From Craspedostauros australis (taxonomy: Eukaryota): a DNA stretch of 33,632 nucleotides. Both the position numbers and the translations under genes were made by a program. How positions within the stretch are numbered: the first letter of the stretch is position 1; every line of letters begins with the position of its first letter. The notes under the pieces are model-generated. The model was not told the origin of the DNA. It saw only the letters and a list, made by a program, of their open reading frames with translations, and did no database searches. This document shows positions 10,763-20,705 of the stretch, in pieces. The DNA is taken from NCBI GenBank assembly GCA_030167865.1, contig JALAGF010000339.1, forward strand, positions 1 through 33,632, written 5' to 3'.

Positions 10763-12325
10763 TCATGTAGACTCCTCGTCTTCATCATCATCATCATCCA
10801 AACGATCTCGAACGTCCCACACAAACCCAATCGATTCCAACGCATCGATCCGCTCGCGACATAAGTTGGACTTGGAGCCAACCTGGAAGAGGCGGTACTG
10901 CCGACGCTGGCATTTGGCCCATACCCCCAGCGAGCGATTCTCAACGTACCGTGACGGCACCCGGCCGTGCCCATGGGTCGATAGAAATTGACGTAGCTGC
11001 GCCACGTGGCTTTCCCACGATGTCGCATGGGCATCCCATACGAAACCGACATTCTCCAGCATCTTTTGCCTCTCGATCGTCAGCGCGCTCTTGTTGCCAG
11101 CCATCTTCATCTTGTACTGGTACCTCTGACGTTTCACCCAATGGGCGAGTGGTGGATTTTCTGGATTGACGAGCGGGACTACGCAGTGGCCGTGCTCCTC
11201 CTTGAAGTTGAGTAGATCTTTGAGTCTCGTGTTCCATTTCTGGACATGAGATACGCGTACAACCTTGCTCCTCGTTTTCTTCTTCTTTGTTAACTTCCCT
11301 TCCTTCTTGTTCGTCGATGACGATGGCGCTCTTCGCTTGGCTTTTGGGGATGAAGTGGAGGTCTTGGCATTGGCATCAGCATTCGCATTCGCACAGCCAT
11401 CACCGTCATGCAAGTCATCATCATGAGTACGAACGGCGGTATCAGCTTCGCCTTGAAGATCGTCGTCGTCGTTGTCCTCACTATCATTGTCATCGTCGCC
11501 GTGGACGGTGTTTGTTGTGGCAACTGAGGTGCTGGAGATAGTCTCGGTGAGCATGCTGTCTGCAGTAAACTGCGAGATAGGTGGTTCGATGAGAGGATCA
11601 AGACGGTGGTTGGAGGAGGGTCTGAGATCTGGGCATGCCGCAGTGCGGTTCCCATTGGAGTCTGGATCGTCAGAATCAGGTCGGAGTGGACCTGGGAGGC
11701 CACATCGAGCAGCCGGGAACGCACCATAGTCACCGGAGGTGCCATCTTCGGCATGGACAGGACCGTGGCCATTCTCATTGATGCCGATGCTGATGGCAGA
11801 ATCATTTGGTGAGACTTGTGAGCTGGATATGTTCACGGATCTAGGTCCCGGAGATGACCCATAACAAGAGAAGAGCTCGGTTCGTGTTTGGGATGGCATG
11901 GGGCTCTGGTCTTGTCGGAGCGTGTTCGATTGGTGGTGTATCGGCCCGACCAGAGGTTCATGTTGAGGTTGATGAACAGAGGGCAAGTCATTCTGACGAA
12001 ATTCGCAGAAAGAATCAAGGAAGCCGTTGGTGTAATTCCCATTGCTGACCTCAGCCGTGGCGGGCGCCGCTGCACCGAATGGCATACAATTGCCTTGCGA
12101 AAGTGAATGATTCGGCAGAGCCGATGAGACGAAGGCCTGTTGGCCGGCGACGTCGCCGCCGTCGGTAGTGTCGCCAGCTGTGTAGCCGTCGGGATCGTGC
12201 AACATGGTCGCGAAGACATGATCGTCATCATCAAAGAGTGAGACGGCTTTGCCGGGAGGACGTCCTCTGCCCCCACCGCCGAGAGCACCGTCGCCGTCTT
12301 CGCCGCGGGTGTTGAAAGTCAGCAT
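10763..12325 (-). CDS. Helicase-associated (HA, PF03457-like) tandem-domain protein, putative nucleic-acid-binding regulator
   Basis: Two C-terminal repeats match the HA pattern: KWNTRLKDLLNFKEEHGHCVVP...LAHWVKRQRYQY...LTIERQKMLENVGFVWD and SWESHVAQLRQFLSTHGHGRVP...LGVWAKCQRRQY...RIDALESIGFVWD. They follow a long disordered acidic region and a basic KKEGKLTKKKKTR NLS-like stretch. First in-frame ATG is at 12325; the frame is open to at least 12382. Confidence 0.87.
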   Translation of the reverse strand: MLTFNTRGEDGDGALGGGGRGRPPGKAVSLFDDDDHVFATMLHDPDGYTAGDTTDGGDVAGQQAFVSSALPNHSLSQGNCMPFGAAAPATAEVSNGNYTNGFLDSFCEFRQNDLPSVHQPQHEPLVGPIHHQSNTLRQDQSPMPSQTRTELFSCYGSSPGPRSVNISSSQVSPNDSAISIGINENGHGPVHAEDGTSGDYGAFPAARCGLPGPLRPDSDDPDSNGNRTAACPDLRPSSNHRLDPLIEPPISQFTADSMLTETISSTSVATTNTVHGDDDNDSEDNDDDDLQGEADTAVRTHDDDLHDGDGCANANADANAKTSTSSPKAKRRAPSSSTNKKEGKLTKKKKTRSKVVRVSHVQKWNTRLKDLLNFKEEHGHCVVPLVNPENPPLAHWVKRQRYQYKMKMAGNKSALTIERQKMLENVGFVWDAHATSWESHVAQLRQFLSTHGHGRVPSRYVENRSLGVWAKCQRRQYRLFQVGSKSNLCRERIDALESIGFVWDVRDRLDDDDDEDEEST

Positions 12326-13823
12326 GGACGTGGAACAAATCGCGTTGCAAGCCAGTGTTGACAGCACCGCATGCGCTGCCAAGTCGATTCCTTGACTAGA
12401 CTATTACTCGAATGCTGACGGTATTGAGCTCCACGACCCGACGAACCAAGAGCACTGCACGAGGTATAGCTATAGTGCGTTGTTGGTTCCCAGAAGGTGC
12501 AACAAGCGCGTCCTGCTCTATTGGTAATGTACCAATAGTATGCGATGCGAGGTGCTGGATACGAGGTACAACAACGATTGAGATGGTTGTGCCGTTGCTG
12601 CGTGGTGTCCAAGACGAGTGGGATGTGACGCCAAAGTGGAGCGCAACAGTGCGGGGTGAGGAACTGCTTGCGTCGTTGTGGCTCTTGTGTGTTTGTGTTG
12701 GTGAGACTCAGCGTCCAAGTGAATCGCGACTTTACGAGGATGTATGTATGTAGGACTGAGCGCGTTGTGCGACTCCAGAGCGTTCGTAAGGTTCGAAGTA
12801 GCGTCTGCGTCCCTAAGTGTGGGACAGTGTGTTGCGGTCTGGTACAAGTACGACTATGTACCTTACTCTCGTACACTTCAGTGGACTGCTTCTGCTGGTA
12901 GGGTCTTCCGGCCAGGTTCCGCAAGCGCGCGCTTCTTGCGTTCTGCTTCCGCAGCACCTTGCCATCGATTTAGTTTGATTTGAGTCGGTATCCCTTTCTT
13001 CCCATCAGTCCCACACAGACGGCATGCACTCTATCAAACCATGTACTCTATCAAACCATACACACACCCAAAGCTCTCTCGTTGCTGGTGGTCACTCCAA
13101 CGCCCGTGCATGGCTCTTTGCCCTTCATCTCCCCATTCGGCTAATTGCGGGTTCCCTACTTTTCGTCGGACTATTTGTTGAAGCTGCGAGGGGCAGTACC
13201 ACCGCTACGAGCTTGCGGGAGTACTACGTTTGGTACTCTGTGCCGAACACATGAAACAACGCGTGGCTTCGTCCACGCTTTGGTCATTGCGACAGCCCTT
13301 TGTGCACATAGTCCAACTTTTCGTGCGAACATTTCGGTTCACGGCGGAGAACACGGAATCAGTTTCTGAAATCTCAAACAGTGTTTATTTGGGTGTTGCG
13401 GTATATTATAACAATTACTAATTTGATGTCTGTATCCAACTTGTCCCACACAGAAGAAGAAGCACAACAACCGAAAAGCGCACAGCGCCAGTCAACTATC
13501 GTCACTCGCAGAATGTCGCGAATACCTCAATTGTCACGATGATGTCAACGAACGCGAACGATCACGAGAACAGAGAGATGATGTTTCTGTTTCTGCATCT
13601 CTGTCTGACAGAAACCAAGGCCACACAGATAATAGTATGGATGCGAGGTGGAGCACGGAGCCGAATGATCCATGAGCATAGCAACAGAAAGCGGAAGTTC
13701 TACACGAGTCGGTGCAGAGACAAGTGGTACCCACTCTTCGTCGCGAAATCCAGGTTGCACAGAAGAGAGAGAGATCCGCACACACATACACAAGAGGTGG
13801 CAACGCCGAAAGGATTTGTGACC

Positions 13824-14102
13824 ATGCCAGCAACCAACACCAACACCGATGCTGCCTCGTCATCTCCCGCGACGCCATCAGCTCCAAAGCAGCAGGCAGA
13901 TGAAGTCGCGCCATCGCTTGCATTCCGTGCGCTAAAGGTGCTGGCCGTCCTCGGGATCTTCTACTTCGCAGGAGGTTGGCAGTATCTGTTGGAGTCGTTG
14001 AATGGATCGGTGCCAATGGCGTTGCTCGTAACTTCGTTCTTCCTGTTTGCTGGGTTCATTACGGACACCAACGACATGGTTGGCCAGCCACATGAGGATT
14101 GA
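13824..14102 (+). CDS. Small hypothetical membrane protein (two predicted TM helices), ~92 aa
   Basis: ACCATG start context and coding-like codon usage. Hydrophobic segments ALKVLAVLGIFYFAGGW and VPMALLVTSFFLFAGFI. The frame is open back to 13539, but the upstream part looks UTR-like, so the start is uncertain. Confidence 0.65.
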   Translation: MPATNTNTDAASSSPATPSAPKQQADEVAPSLAFRALKVLAVLGIFYFAGGWQYLLESLNGSVPMALLVTSFFLFAGFITDTNDMVGQPHED

Positions 14103-14257
14103 GCGCGTGGTGGAGAAGAGCAGAGCACTCTGGTACATCAACATCATATTATATCACATAATATTACTCTGCTCCGTTATGAATTATAATGCTATGAGTA
14201 GTTATTCAAAGCTATTGAGCACTCCAACACGAATGTTGCAGCAGACGCTAGTCGACT

Positions 14258-15631
14258 CTACTCGTTGTTCCGCCGTTTGCGACGACTGCCAAAGTCGCGG
14301 ATCAGATCGTGCACGATGAGTGATGACGATGCTTGTGATGACGATGACGAAGACAATGACAGTGAATGATTGTAGAGCGACGTGATGATGGATTCTTCAT
14401 CGTAGCACAAACCGAGGTAATCCGACTGCGTGTTTGGCAACTTCGATTGCGCCAGTATCCAATCCAGATGGTTGTAGAACTCTTCGATCAGGTACTCCAT
14501 CTGCTGCGGTCTGGCCAGGATGAAGCCGGCGCGGTACTCCACGTAGGAATGGTTGAACCTCATGTAGGACGGTCTCATCCAGACGTGATCGTCGTCGACG
14601 CGGTTGTCAGGCCAGGTCTGGATGCCCCTGTTGACGCCGCGGTTGGCAAGCAACGTCGCGTCCAGCCAGACGATGTACTTCCAACCAGGATGCTTGTGTC
14701 CCAGCTCCGCCATCTGCTGGAGCCGTTGCAGTATCTGCCGCATCATCTCGAATTTGGATATCCAGATATTGATGACATTGGTCCAACCATCCAGCGCCTC
14801 CTGCGTGTTGTCAGCATGCGCTCTTGGCAGGTAGCCAGACTGTTTTTCCACCCCCTCGAACGTCTCCTGTCTTCGTGACGGCGGTGCCATCTGACACAGC
14901 TTGACCAGATCACGCGCACGCTGCTGTTGCAATGATTCGAACTCCGTGGGCAGGAAGGTGAACTTTTCTGGTTTCAAGTGCTTGCGTATGGCGCCCCAGT
15001 ACACACTATCATCGTCGATGTCAGCTTCAGCTTCACCTCCGGCCCCAGCCTCGGTACCAATGCCACTAGCCATGCTATCGTCTGTGCTGTTCTCAAGGTT
15101 GTGAAAGTAGTACACGTGCTGGAATTGGCGCAGGTACCGCATGGTGGTCTTGAGACCCTTCTTGAAGTAGCCAGGTTGGTGCTTGGAGTTGCCTCGAATG
15201 TGGAAGAATCCAGTGACGACGATCGTTTCGTTCATGATATCTTGGAATCGATGTTGCGTTGAGGGATGGTCTGGATCGATGGTGAATCGGGGCAGTATGT
15301 GCGATGCTGGTGTGAGCATCGGCCGCTGCTGCTCTCCATTTCCACCTTCAGATGAAGCTGCCGTGCTTGCACTCGTAGCTGGTGCATGAAGAGCTTGCAC
15401 GCTGACTTGTCTTTCATTGCTTCCCATCCGCGGTTGCTGATCCGCCGAGTCTTGCATCAGCGCATTCTTCCGAGTCAGCACATCAAGCTGCTTCATTCCC
15501 TTGCCGCTGTTCCAGGCAGCGACGATCGTCACAGTGAGGCAAAAGAGGAGGCTCTTCGAACGCAACAGCCAGTTCAGCGATCGTCGTCTGCTCAACGTGT
15601 GCCTTTGCATGACTTCCATGGTGCTCTTCAT
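14258..15631 (-). CDS. Type II membrane protein with HtrL/YibB-like (putative glycosyltransferase-related) domain
   Basis: Long single-exon ORF, first ATG at 15631. Basic N-tail, TM (LLFCLTVTIVAAW), stem, then motifs IVVTGFFHIRGNSKH, IWISKFEMM, YIVWLDA, RAGFILA and YDEESII in the order I recall for HtrL/YibB-like proteins. The CDS is well supported; the family call is tentative. Confidence 0.7.
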   Translation of the reverse strand: MKSTMEVMQRHTLSRRRSLNWLLRSKSLLFCLTVTIVAAWNSGKGMKQLDVLTRKNALMQDSADQQPRMGSNERQVSVQALHAPATSASTAASSEGGNGEQQRPMLTPASHILPRFTIDPDHPSTQHRFQDIMNETIVVTGFFHIRGNSKHQPGYFKKGLKTTMRYLRQFQHVYYFHNLENSTDDSMASGIGTEAGAGGEAEADIDDDSVYWGAIRKHLKPEKFTFLPTEFESLQQQRARDLVKLCQMAPPSRRQETFEGVEKQSGYLPRAHADNTQEALDGWTNVINIWISKFEMMRQILQRLQQMAELGHKHPGWKYIVWLDATLLANRGVNRGIQTWPDNRVDDDHVWMRPSYMRFNHSYVEYRAGFILARPQQMEYLIEEFYNHLDWILAQSKLPNTQSDYLGLCYDEESIITSLYNHSLSLSSSSSSQASSSLIVHDLIRDFGSRRKRRNNE

Positions 15632-16393
15632 GTCGATGGACGCCAATGCTGTTGTTGTGAATGCTGTTGTTATTAATAATATTGCATAATACAACACAAT
15701 ACAATGTTATGGATGTCACAACTGATGTTGTTGTTGGATGTTGATTGTGCTCGTATGTGTTCGAATCACAACTCTCTCTCCCTGTCTTCACTGGTTTGGT
15801 TGCGCTCTTCAACTTCGCACACCACCAGCAACAAGCTCACTCAGTTTGAAAATGGCGGCAAACGAATGCAATGGTTTCGGAATGGTCCACGTTAGCGATT
15901 GCCATGTTTGATGTAGTACACGTAATCGTGACAGGCAAAACAGTAACAGAAACCGCGACACGAAATGTCAGCGCCGTTCACGAATTCTCGCACACTCTTC
16001 CGTGTGATCTGTTTGCTTTGACTGTTTCTGTCCTCGGGCAAAAGTGATGTTCGGAGATCGGAATCACGAATACATAGGGACGTCGGAAGCCCAGTGAGAG
16101 ATCAATTGGGTTGGTCTTCGTCCTCAATGACATTTATCCGAATAGAATCTCCGGCAAAGACGGTATTGACATTGAGGTTGGTGTATTGTAGATAATATTA
16201 ATTTACCGTAGATCCGACGAATAACATCAACGGTCCACATTGTTGCCGCAATCGCCGATTTTTTCATGATGTTGCATGCATTGTTGGGAGAATCTTGGGC
16301 ACATCACCAACGAGTATCATTGTTGTTGGTTGTGGGTGGCCTGTTCAAGCCGTTGTGCACACCAGATTCCGACACCCACTTTAATCTACCCGA

Positions 16394-16428
16394 CTCCACT
16401 CTACTCTACTCTACTCTGCTCTGCTCTG
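16394..16428. repeat. (CTACT/CTGCT)n pentanucleotide repeat upstream of the cyclophilin start
   Basis: ctccactctactctactctactctgctctgctctg. Confidence 0.75.
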
Positions 16429-16494
16429 GAGTATTATCTCTCATCAACGTTGGCATCTCTGTCGTCACCAACAGAGTGATCGCAAGAGGGAAGG

Positions 16495-17856
16495 ATGGCC
16501 ATTACACAACGCAGAAAGACCGATCCACCGTCGAACGCATCTTTGGAGACGTTGGAGCTGCCATCGAATCAAAGAACGCTGCCAAGGCACGATGATGGCG
16601 ACAAAGCAAGACGATCGGCCAACCCAACCAAAAGCAGCCATGGCGGCAAATGGGCGTGCATACTGGTGGTCGCCTTTCTCGTGATCTGCGCCTTCGTCAC
16701 CTCTGGGTTGCTCCAATTTGGAGGCGGCAGCAACAAGAACCAGAATGGAGGCGTCGCAAACAGCCACCACCATGACCAACAGACGAACAAGCTCCACCAT
16801 GATCCCGATCGCGAATACAGGAAGCGCAAGATGTCGCGAGTCCACGACGCCGATGACGAAGATGAGGATGGCAATTCGGTGGAGGTGAAGGAAAGCGGAG
16901 AAGACAAGGAAGAAGACGAAGAAGACGAGACGGAACTGGAAAATCAAAAGCACCAAGCCAATGACGCTTCTGACGCCGACGAAGCCCATAGAAGCAATGG
17001 AGGAAGTGGAACCAACGAGGCCAATCAACAAGGAGGAGATGAGGACGATGATGGAGATGAAAAGGATCACCTGCAGTGTGCTGGTTACAACACCATCGAT
17101 GATCTCACCGAGCCGGAGCTGTACCCATGGAAAGGTAGCCGGCACATGGTCACGCCGCCCAAAGGCGGCATGTACACTCTGGTGTGCTGCTCCACCACCA
17201 AAGGCCCACTGTCCATCGCCGTCCATCACAAATGGGCACCGCTTGGCGCGCAACGCTTCGTGGATATGGTCACCTCTGGTTACTTCCAATCCGTTCCCTT
17301 CATGCGATGCATGGAGGACTTCCTGTGCCAATTCGGAATCTCCGACAGCGCCAAGAACAACAACGTGGACCATCCCGAATTTCAGGAGACCATCCGCGAC
17401 GACCCGCCGTGGTTGCCATCCAACAAGGGACGCGACCAACATGGCGTTGCACGATTCGCGTACGGGTACATGGCCTACGCTGGAAATGGCACGAACTCGC
17501 GGGACAAGCAGGTCTTCGTGACGTTGGATGACAGTTCCTTCCTGGGCGGCACGGACGAGAGTCCTTGGGAGGTGCCGTGGGGCGAACTGGTGGGCAAACA
17601 TTCCTACGAGACCATCGAGCAGATCTACACGGGGTACGGTGACGAGTACCCGGATCAAGAGGATTTGGAGGAGGACGGCATGACGGAGGAAATGCGGCAG
17701 CAATACCCTCTGATGGATTACGTCCAGAAGTGCCAAGTCTTGGACATCCGGGTTATCGGAGAGAAGGTCTCCTCCAACGAAGATGAAGAGGACAAAAGCA
17801 ACATGGACAGCGACGACAAAAGCAGCAAAACTGCCCGTGATGCCGTCGAAGAGTGA
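16495..17856 (+). CDS. Membrane-anchored cyclophilin-type peptidyl-prolyl cis-trans isomerase, 453 aa
   Basis: N-terminal TM (WACILVVAFLVICAFVTSGLL) and an acidic stalk, then a cyclophilin core: STTKGPLSIAV...WAPLGAQRFVDMVTSGYF...FMRCMEDFLCQFG...GYMAYAGNGTNSRDKQVFVTL...VPWGELVG. Confidence 0.9.
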   Translation: MAITQRRKTDPPSNASLETLELPSNQRTLPRHDDGDKARRSANPTKSSHGGKWACILVVAFLVICAFVTSGLLQFGGGSNKNQNGGVANSHHHDQQTNKLHHDPDREYRKRKMSRVHDADDEDEDGNSVEVKESGEDKEEDEEDETELENQKHQANDASDADEAHRSNGGSGTNEANQQGGDEDDDGDEKDHLQCAGYNTIDDLTEPELYPWKGSRHMVTPPKGGMYTLVCCSTTKGPLSIAVHHKWAPLGAQRFVDMVTSGYFQSVPFMRCMEDFLCQFGISDSAKNNNVDHPEFQETIRDDPPWLPSNKGRDQHGVARFAYGYMAYAGNGTNSRDKQVFVTLDDSSFLGGTDESPWEVPWGELVGKHSYETIEQIYTGYGDEYPDQEDLEEDGMTEEMRQQYPLMDYVQKCQVLDIRVIGEKVSSNEDEEDKSNMDSDDKSSKTARDAVEE

Positions 17857-17974
17857 TGAGGCAGGACCACAGATGGTGCTTGCCCAATGCACGCACCTAC
17901 AATAGCGATTCAATACTATCATATTATAACATATTCTACGAGTGCTCTACACTAATATTTGACGTAACATTATT

Positions 17975-20092
17975 CTAACTGTACCAAGCAGATATCAACG
18001 AATCAGACGCAGTGGCATTCCCAGCATCGGCTTGCCTTTTTTCTGCGCCAAAATGATGATGGCCGTCAACGTGCAGGCGTTCCAAGTTGTATGGCAGAAC
18101 CGCAGCCATATGCTTTTCGTTGGGCGTAGACGACAGCCGCCGTCGTTTCGTTGGTGGCACTGCTGGCCGGCTTTCACTGTGGAGATTGATGTGGATGTCT
18201 CTCAGATCTCTCAGCTCCTGCGACAGCTTGGATGACAGGCCCTGCACGAGCTGCAGTTGCGCTTCATAGCGCCCCGCCCGTCCATCATCCCAAATATCAA
18301 CCAGCATCTTGTTGAATCGATTGAGTATCTCGTACATCAAGGTTGGTCGATTGCGCACTGTATTGCTGGACAGCAGCTTCCCGAACAGCGCATGCGATTG
18401 AATGCTGGCGAACAGCGTTGCCAACACCAAGACGTAGTTGCGGATCGCGTTTTCTCGTAGGATGCGAGGGGCGTGGGCAGAGTAGTAACGATCATCCAGG
18501 ATGCCACCTGGTATGGAGAGCTCCATGAGAGAGTGGTTGTCGGACAGAGCGGCGACCACCGCTGCCGTAGCAGGTTCTCTGTCAGCGAGAAGAGCATGGG
18601 CGGTGGTGGTGGCGGCCCTGGCAGTACTGCCATTGGTGTTGCCTGCTCCGTTGAAGACGCGAGTGCGGCCGTTGCTGACATGGCTTCGTCTCCGGGCTCG
18701 GGCCGAACCTGCTCCGTTGGCATTGGTCGACGTTGCTGCAGTTGGTGGAGAATCAGAAGCCCCGACCGTGTAGTTGATCTTGACCAAGTGTTTTGCCCGT
18801 ATCAGCATGAGCAATCGATCCAGCCAATTTCCCGCCTCCGCGTTGCCGCTGAGCGAGAGCTGCTGGATGTGAGGATTGGCAACGACTGCGCGGATGATCC
18901 TGTCGATGCTGCCCGTCCTGCTTCCGACGAAAGCCAGGCTCTCGATGCCAAACGCACGCACCGTGTGCATCGTCTGCATGGCGCGCACCAGGTGATCGGC
19001 GTCGATTGTGAGACAGTTGAGGTGGAGCTCGCGAAGGCGGCACGTGGTGCGCACAAGCTGCTCGCAAAGGGCACGGCCGTCATCTTGAAATCTGCACCGG
19101 CTGATTGATAAGGACTGTATGTTCTGGGCCAGCCACTCAGACATGGCGGGGTCGATGACATCGCAATTTGACAACGAGAGCTTGCGCAGCTGGGTCTGAT
19201 GCTGCCGCAGCGCGGTGTACATTGGCTTCCACAAGCAGTCCTTTCGGATCACGCATTCTCTGTGGCCGTGTTCATGGGCATGGTTGTTCATGTGGCCTTG
19301 GCCTTGGCAATAGGGATGGGAATGGCAATCATCACTTGCGTGACCGCGGCTGTGGTTGTAAGCTGACTCAAGGCAGTCGTATGCGCCCATGCTTGCACTT
19401 GCGCTTGTACTTGCACTCTCGCCTGTATCCATGTCTGCTGCTGCACTGGTATGGGAGTTGCGGGAGCGCCGAGGCTGTGTTGCAAACAGGCGCATCAGGA
19501 AGCACAACTGCAGTTTGCATCCATTCTCGCCAACGTACCTGGGATCAACGTGGATCCGGACTCCATTGAGATCCATCTGTGGCAAGAGCTTCATGTTGGT
19601 GAGAGATTCGCGATGGCACAGCCAGAAAGGCGTGACGAAGAGGCACTTCCAGCGTCGCACCAGCCGTTCCAGCTGCGACCACTCAAAGTCCACGCCCTCA
19701 TCCATGATGCGGCTGCCAACACATTGGCTTGGACTGCTGCCGTCGGCACCAGGACGAGCATCGGAGCGCTGCTGCGCCTGATCGAGCATCTGCCAATCAC
19801 GCAACCTCATGGGAAGCATCCTCGATCTCCTCGTCTTCTTCCTGCAGCTGTCTGGAGTGTACGGAGGCCCTCCCAACGGTTCGTATTCCTCCACGATCAT
19901 CTTCCACAGGGTTTGGAACTGGTAGTCCGAACGCAGTTTACGGGCCTTCGACGGCTGCGGCTGTTGCGGCTGTTGCTTCTGATGCTTGCGTTGGCGATCG
20001 CCAGGCTCTGGCTGTTGGCTCTGCTTGCCGAGTGGCGCGCCCACCGTCGCCATTGCTCTTGGCATCGACGCTGTCGCCTTGGTTGGTCCCAT
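17975..20092 (-). CDS. Hypothetical protein with RNI-like leucine-rich repeats
   Basis: ~705-codon open frame containing LRKLSLSNCDV, IQSLSISRCRF, LRELHLNCLTI, IQQLSLSGNA and ALSDNHSLMELSI, ending in the RILRENAIRN cap seen in diatom LRR proteins. First ATG is at 20092; an upstream exon cannot be excluded. Confidence 0.75.
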   Translation of the reverse strand: MGPTKATASMPRAMATVGAPLGKQSQQPEPGDRQRKHQKQQPQQPQPSKARKLRSDYQFQTLWKMIVEEYEPLGGPPYTPDSCRKKTRRSRMLPMRLRDWQMLDQAQQRSDARPGADGSSPSQCVGSRIMDEGVDFEWSQLERLVRRWKCLFVTPFWLCHRESLTNMKLLPQMDLNGVRIHVDPRYVGENGCKLQLCFLMRLFATQPRRSRNSHTSAAADMDTGESASTSASASMGAYDCLESAYNHSRGHASDDCHSHPYCQGQGHMNNHAHEHGHRECVIRKDCLWKPMYTALRQHQTQLRKLSLSNCDVIDPAMSEWLAQNIQSLSISRCRFQDDGRALCEQLVRTTCRLRELHLNCLTIDADHLVRAMQTMHTVRAFGIESLAFVGSRTGSIDRIIRAVVANPHIQQLSLSGNAEAGNWLDRLLMLIRAKHLVKINYTVGASDSPPTAATSTNANGAGSARARRRSHVSNGRTRVFNGAGNTNGSTARAATTTAHALLADREPATAAVVAALSDNHSLMELSIPGGILDDRYYSAHAPRILRENAIRNYVLVLATLFASIQSHALFGKLLSSNTVRNRPTLMYEILNRFNKMLVDIWDDGRAGRYEAQLQLVQGLSSKLSQELRDLRDIHINLHSESRPAVPPTKRRRLSSTPNEKHMAAVLPYNLERLHVDGHHHFGAEKRQADAGNATASDSLISAWYS

Positions 20093-20267
20093 CCCTCCAC
20101 TCGTTCCGAACACGGTGATGTTCAGCGTATTCTGATGTATCGTGGTATCGTTGATCCCTCGTCAACGGCATCCAAAGTCGTGCGAACGCGGTATTGCCAT
20201 GGACATGAGTGTCAACTCTGGCGCATCAAGAGAGCCAAAAGCAGCGGCTGAAACAAGCGGCCACCAC

Positions 20268-20307
<40 letters not shown>
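20268..20307. repeat. (CAACGA)6 hexanucleotide microsatellite
   Basis: Six perfect CAACGA copies plus CAAC, upstream of the LRR gene. Confidence 0.92.
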
Positions 20308-20705
20308 TTCCGATGCGATCAACCAACACGCGCCAAGTGATGCGATGTGATGTGAACCCCAACCACAGCAAGCCCCACGCGAACGCTTCCAAACCCGCGA
20401 CCCCCACGATCTCTTCCTCTTCTTCCAACCGTTCCCGCCAGTTTCGCAAAGATACGGATGCGGATTCTTGTTGTGTCTGCGTTTTTGGTGGGAAGTTTCG
20501 GTGTCATAGACTCTCTCTCCAACGTAGAGAGACGGCTAGATCGCATCGTGTGGCCTTCCGTGATCTCCACCAGACTCCAGATCGATTCAATGTCGAGTGA
20601 ATGAGTAAGGTAAGAACAGAGTAGAGCATTCTACTATAATGTGGAGTCTAAAGTGAACGCCCTATGAATTGAATGCCATCCTACGGTAAAACGGATAGCT
20701 GCTGC

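Noticed and set aside
12319-12957. 212-aa minus-strand ORF upstream of the HA gene
   Set aside because: Thr/His/Arg-rich translation typical of CA-rich diatom promoter/5'UTR DNA, and out of frame with the HA ORF.
16465-17922. 485-aa minus-strand ORF overlapping the cyclophilin
   Set aside because: Antisense shadow of a codon-biased gene; no motifs, and its composition mirrors the sense codons.
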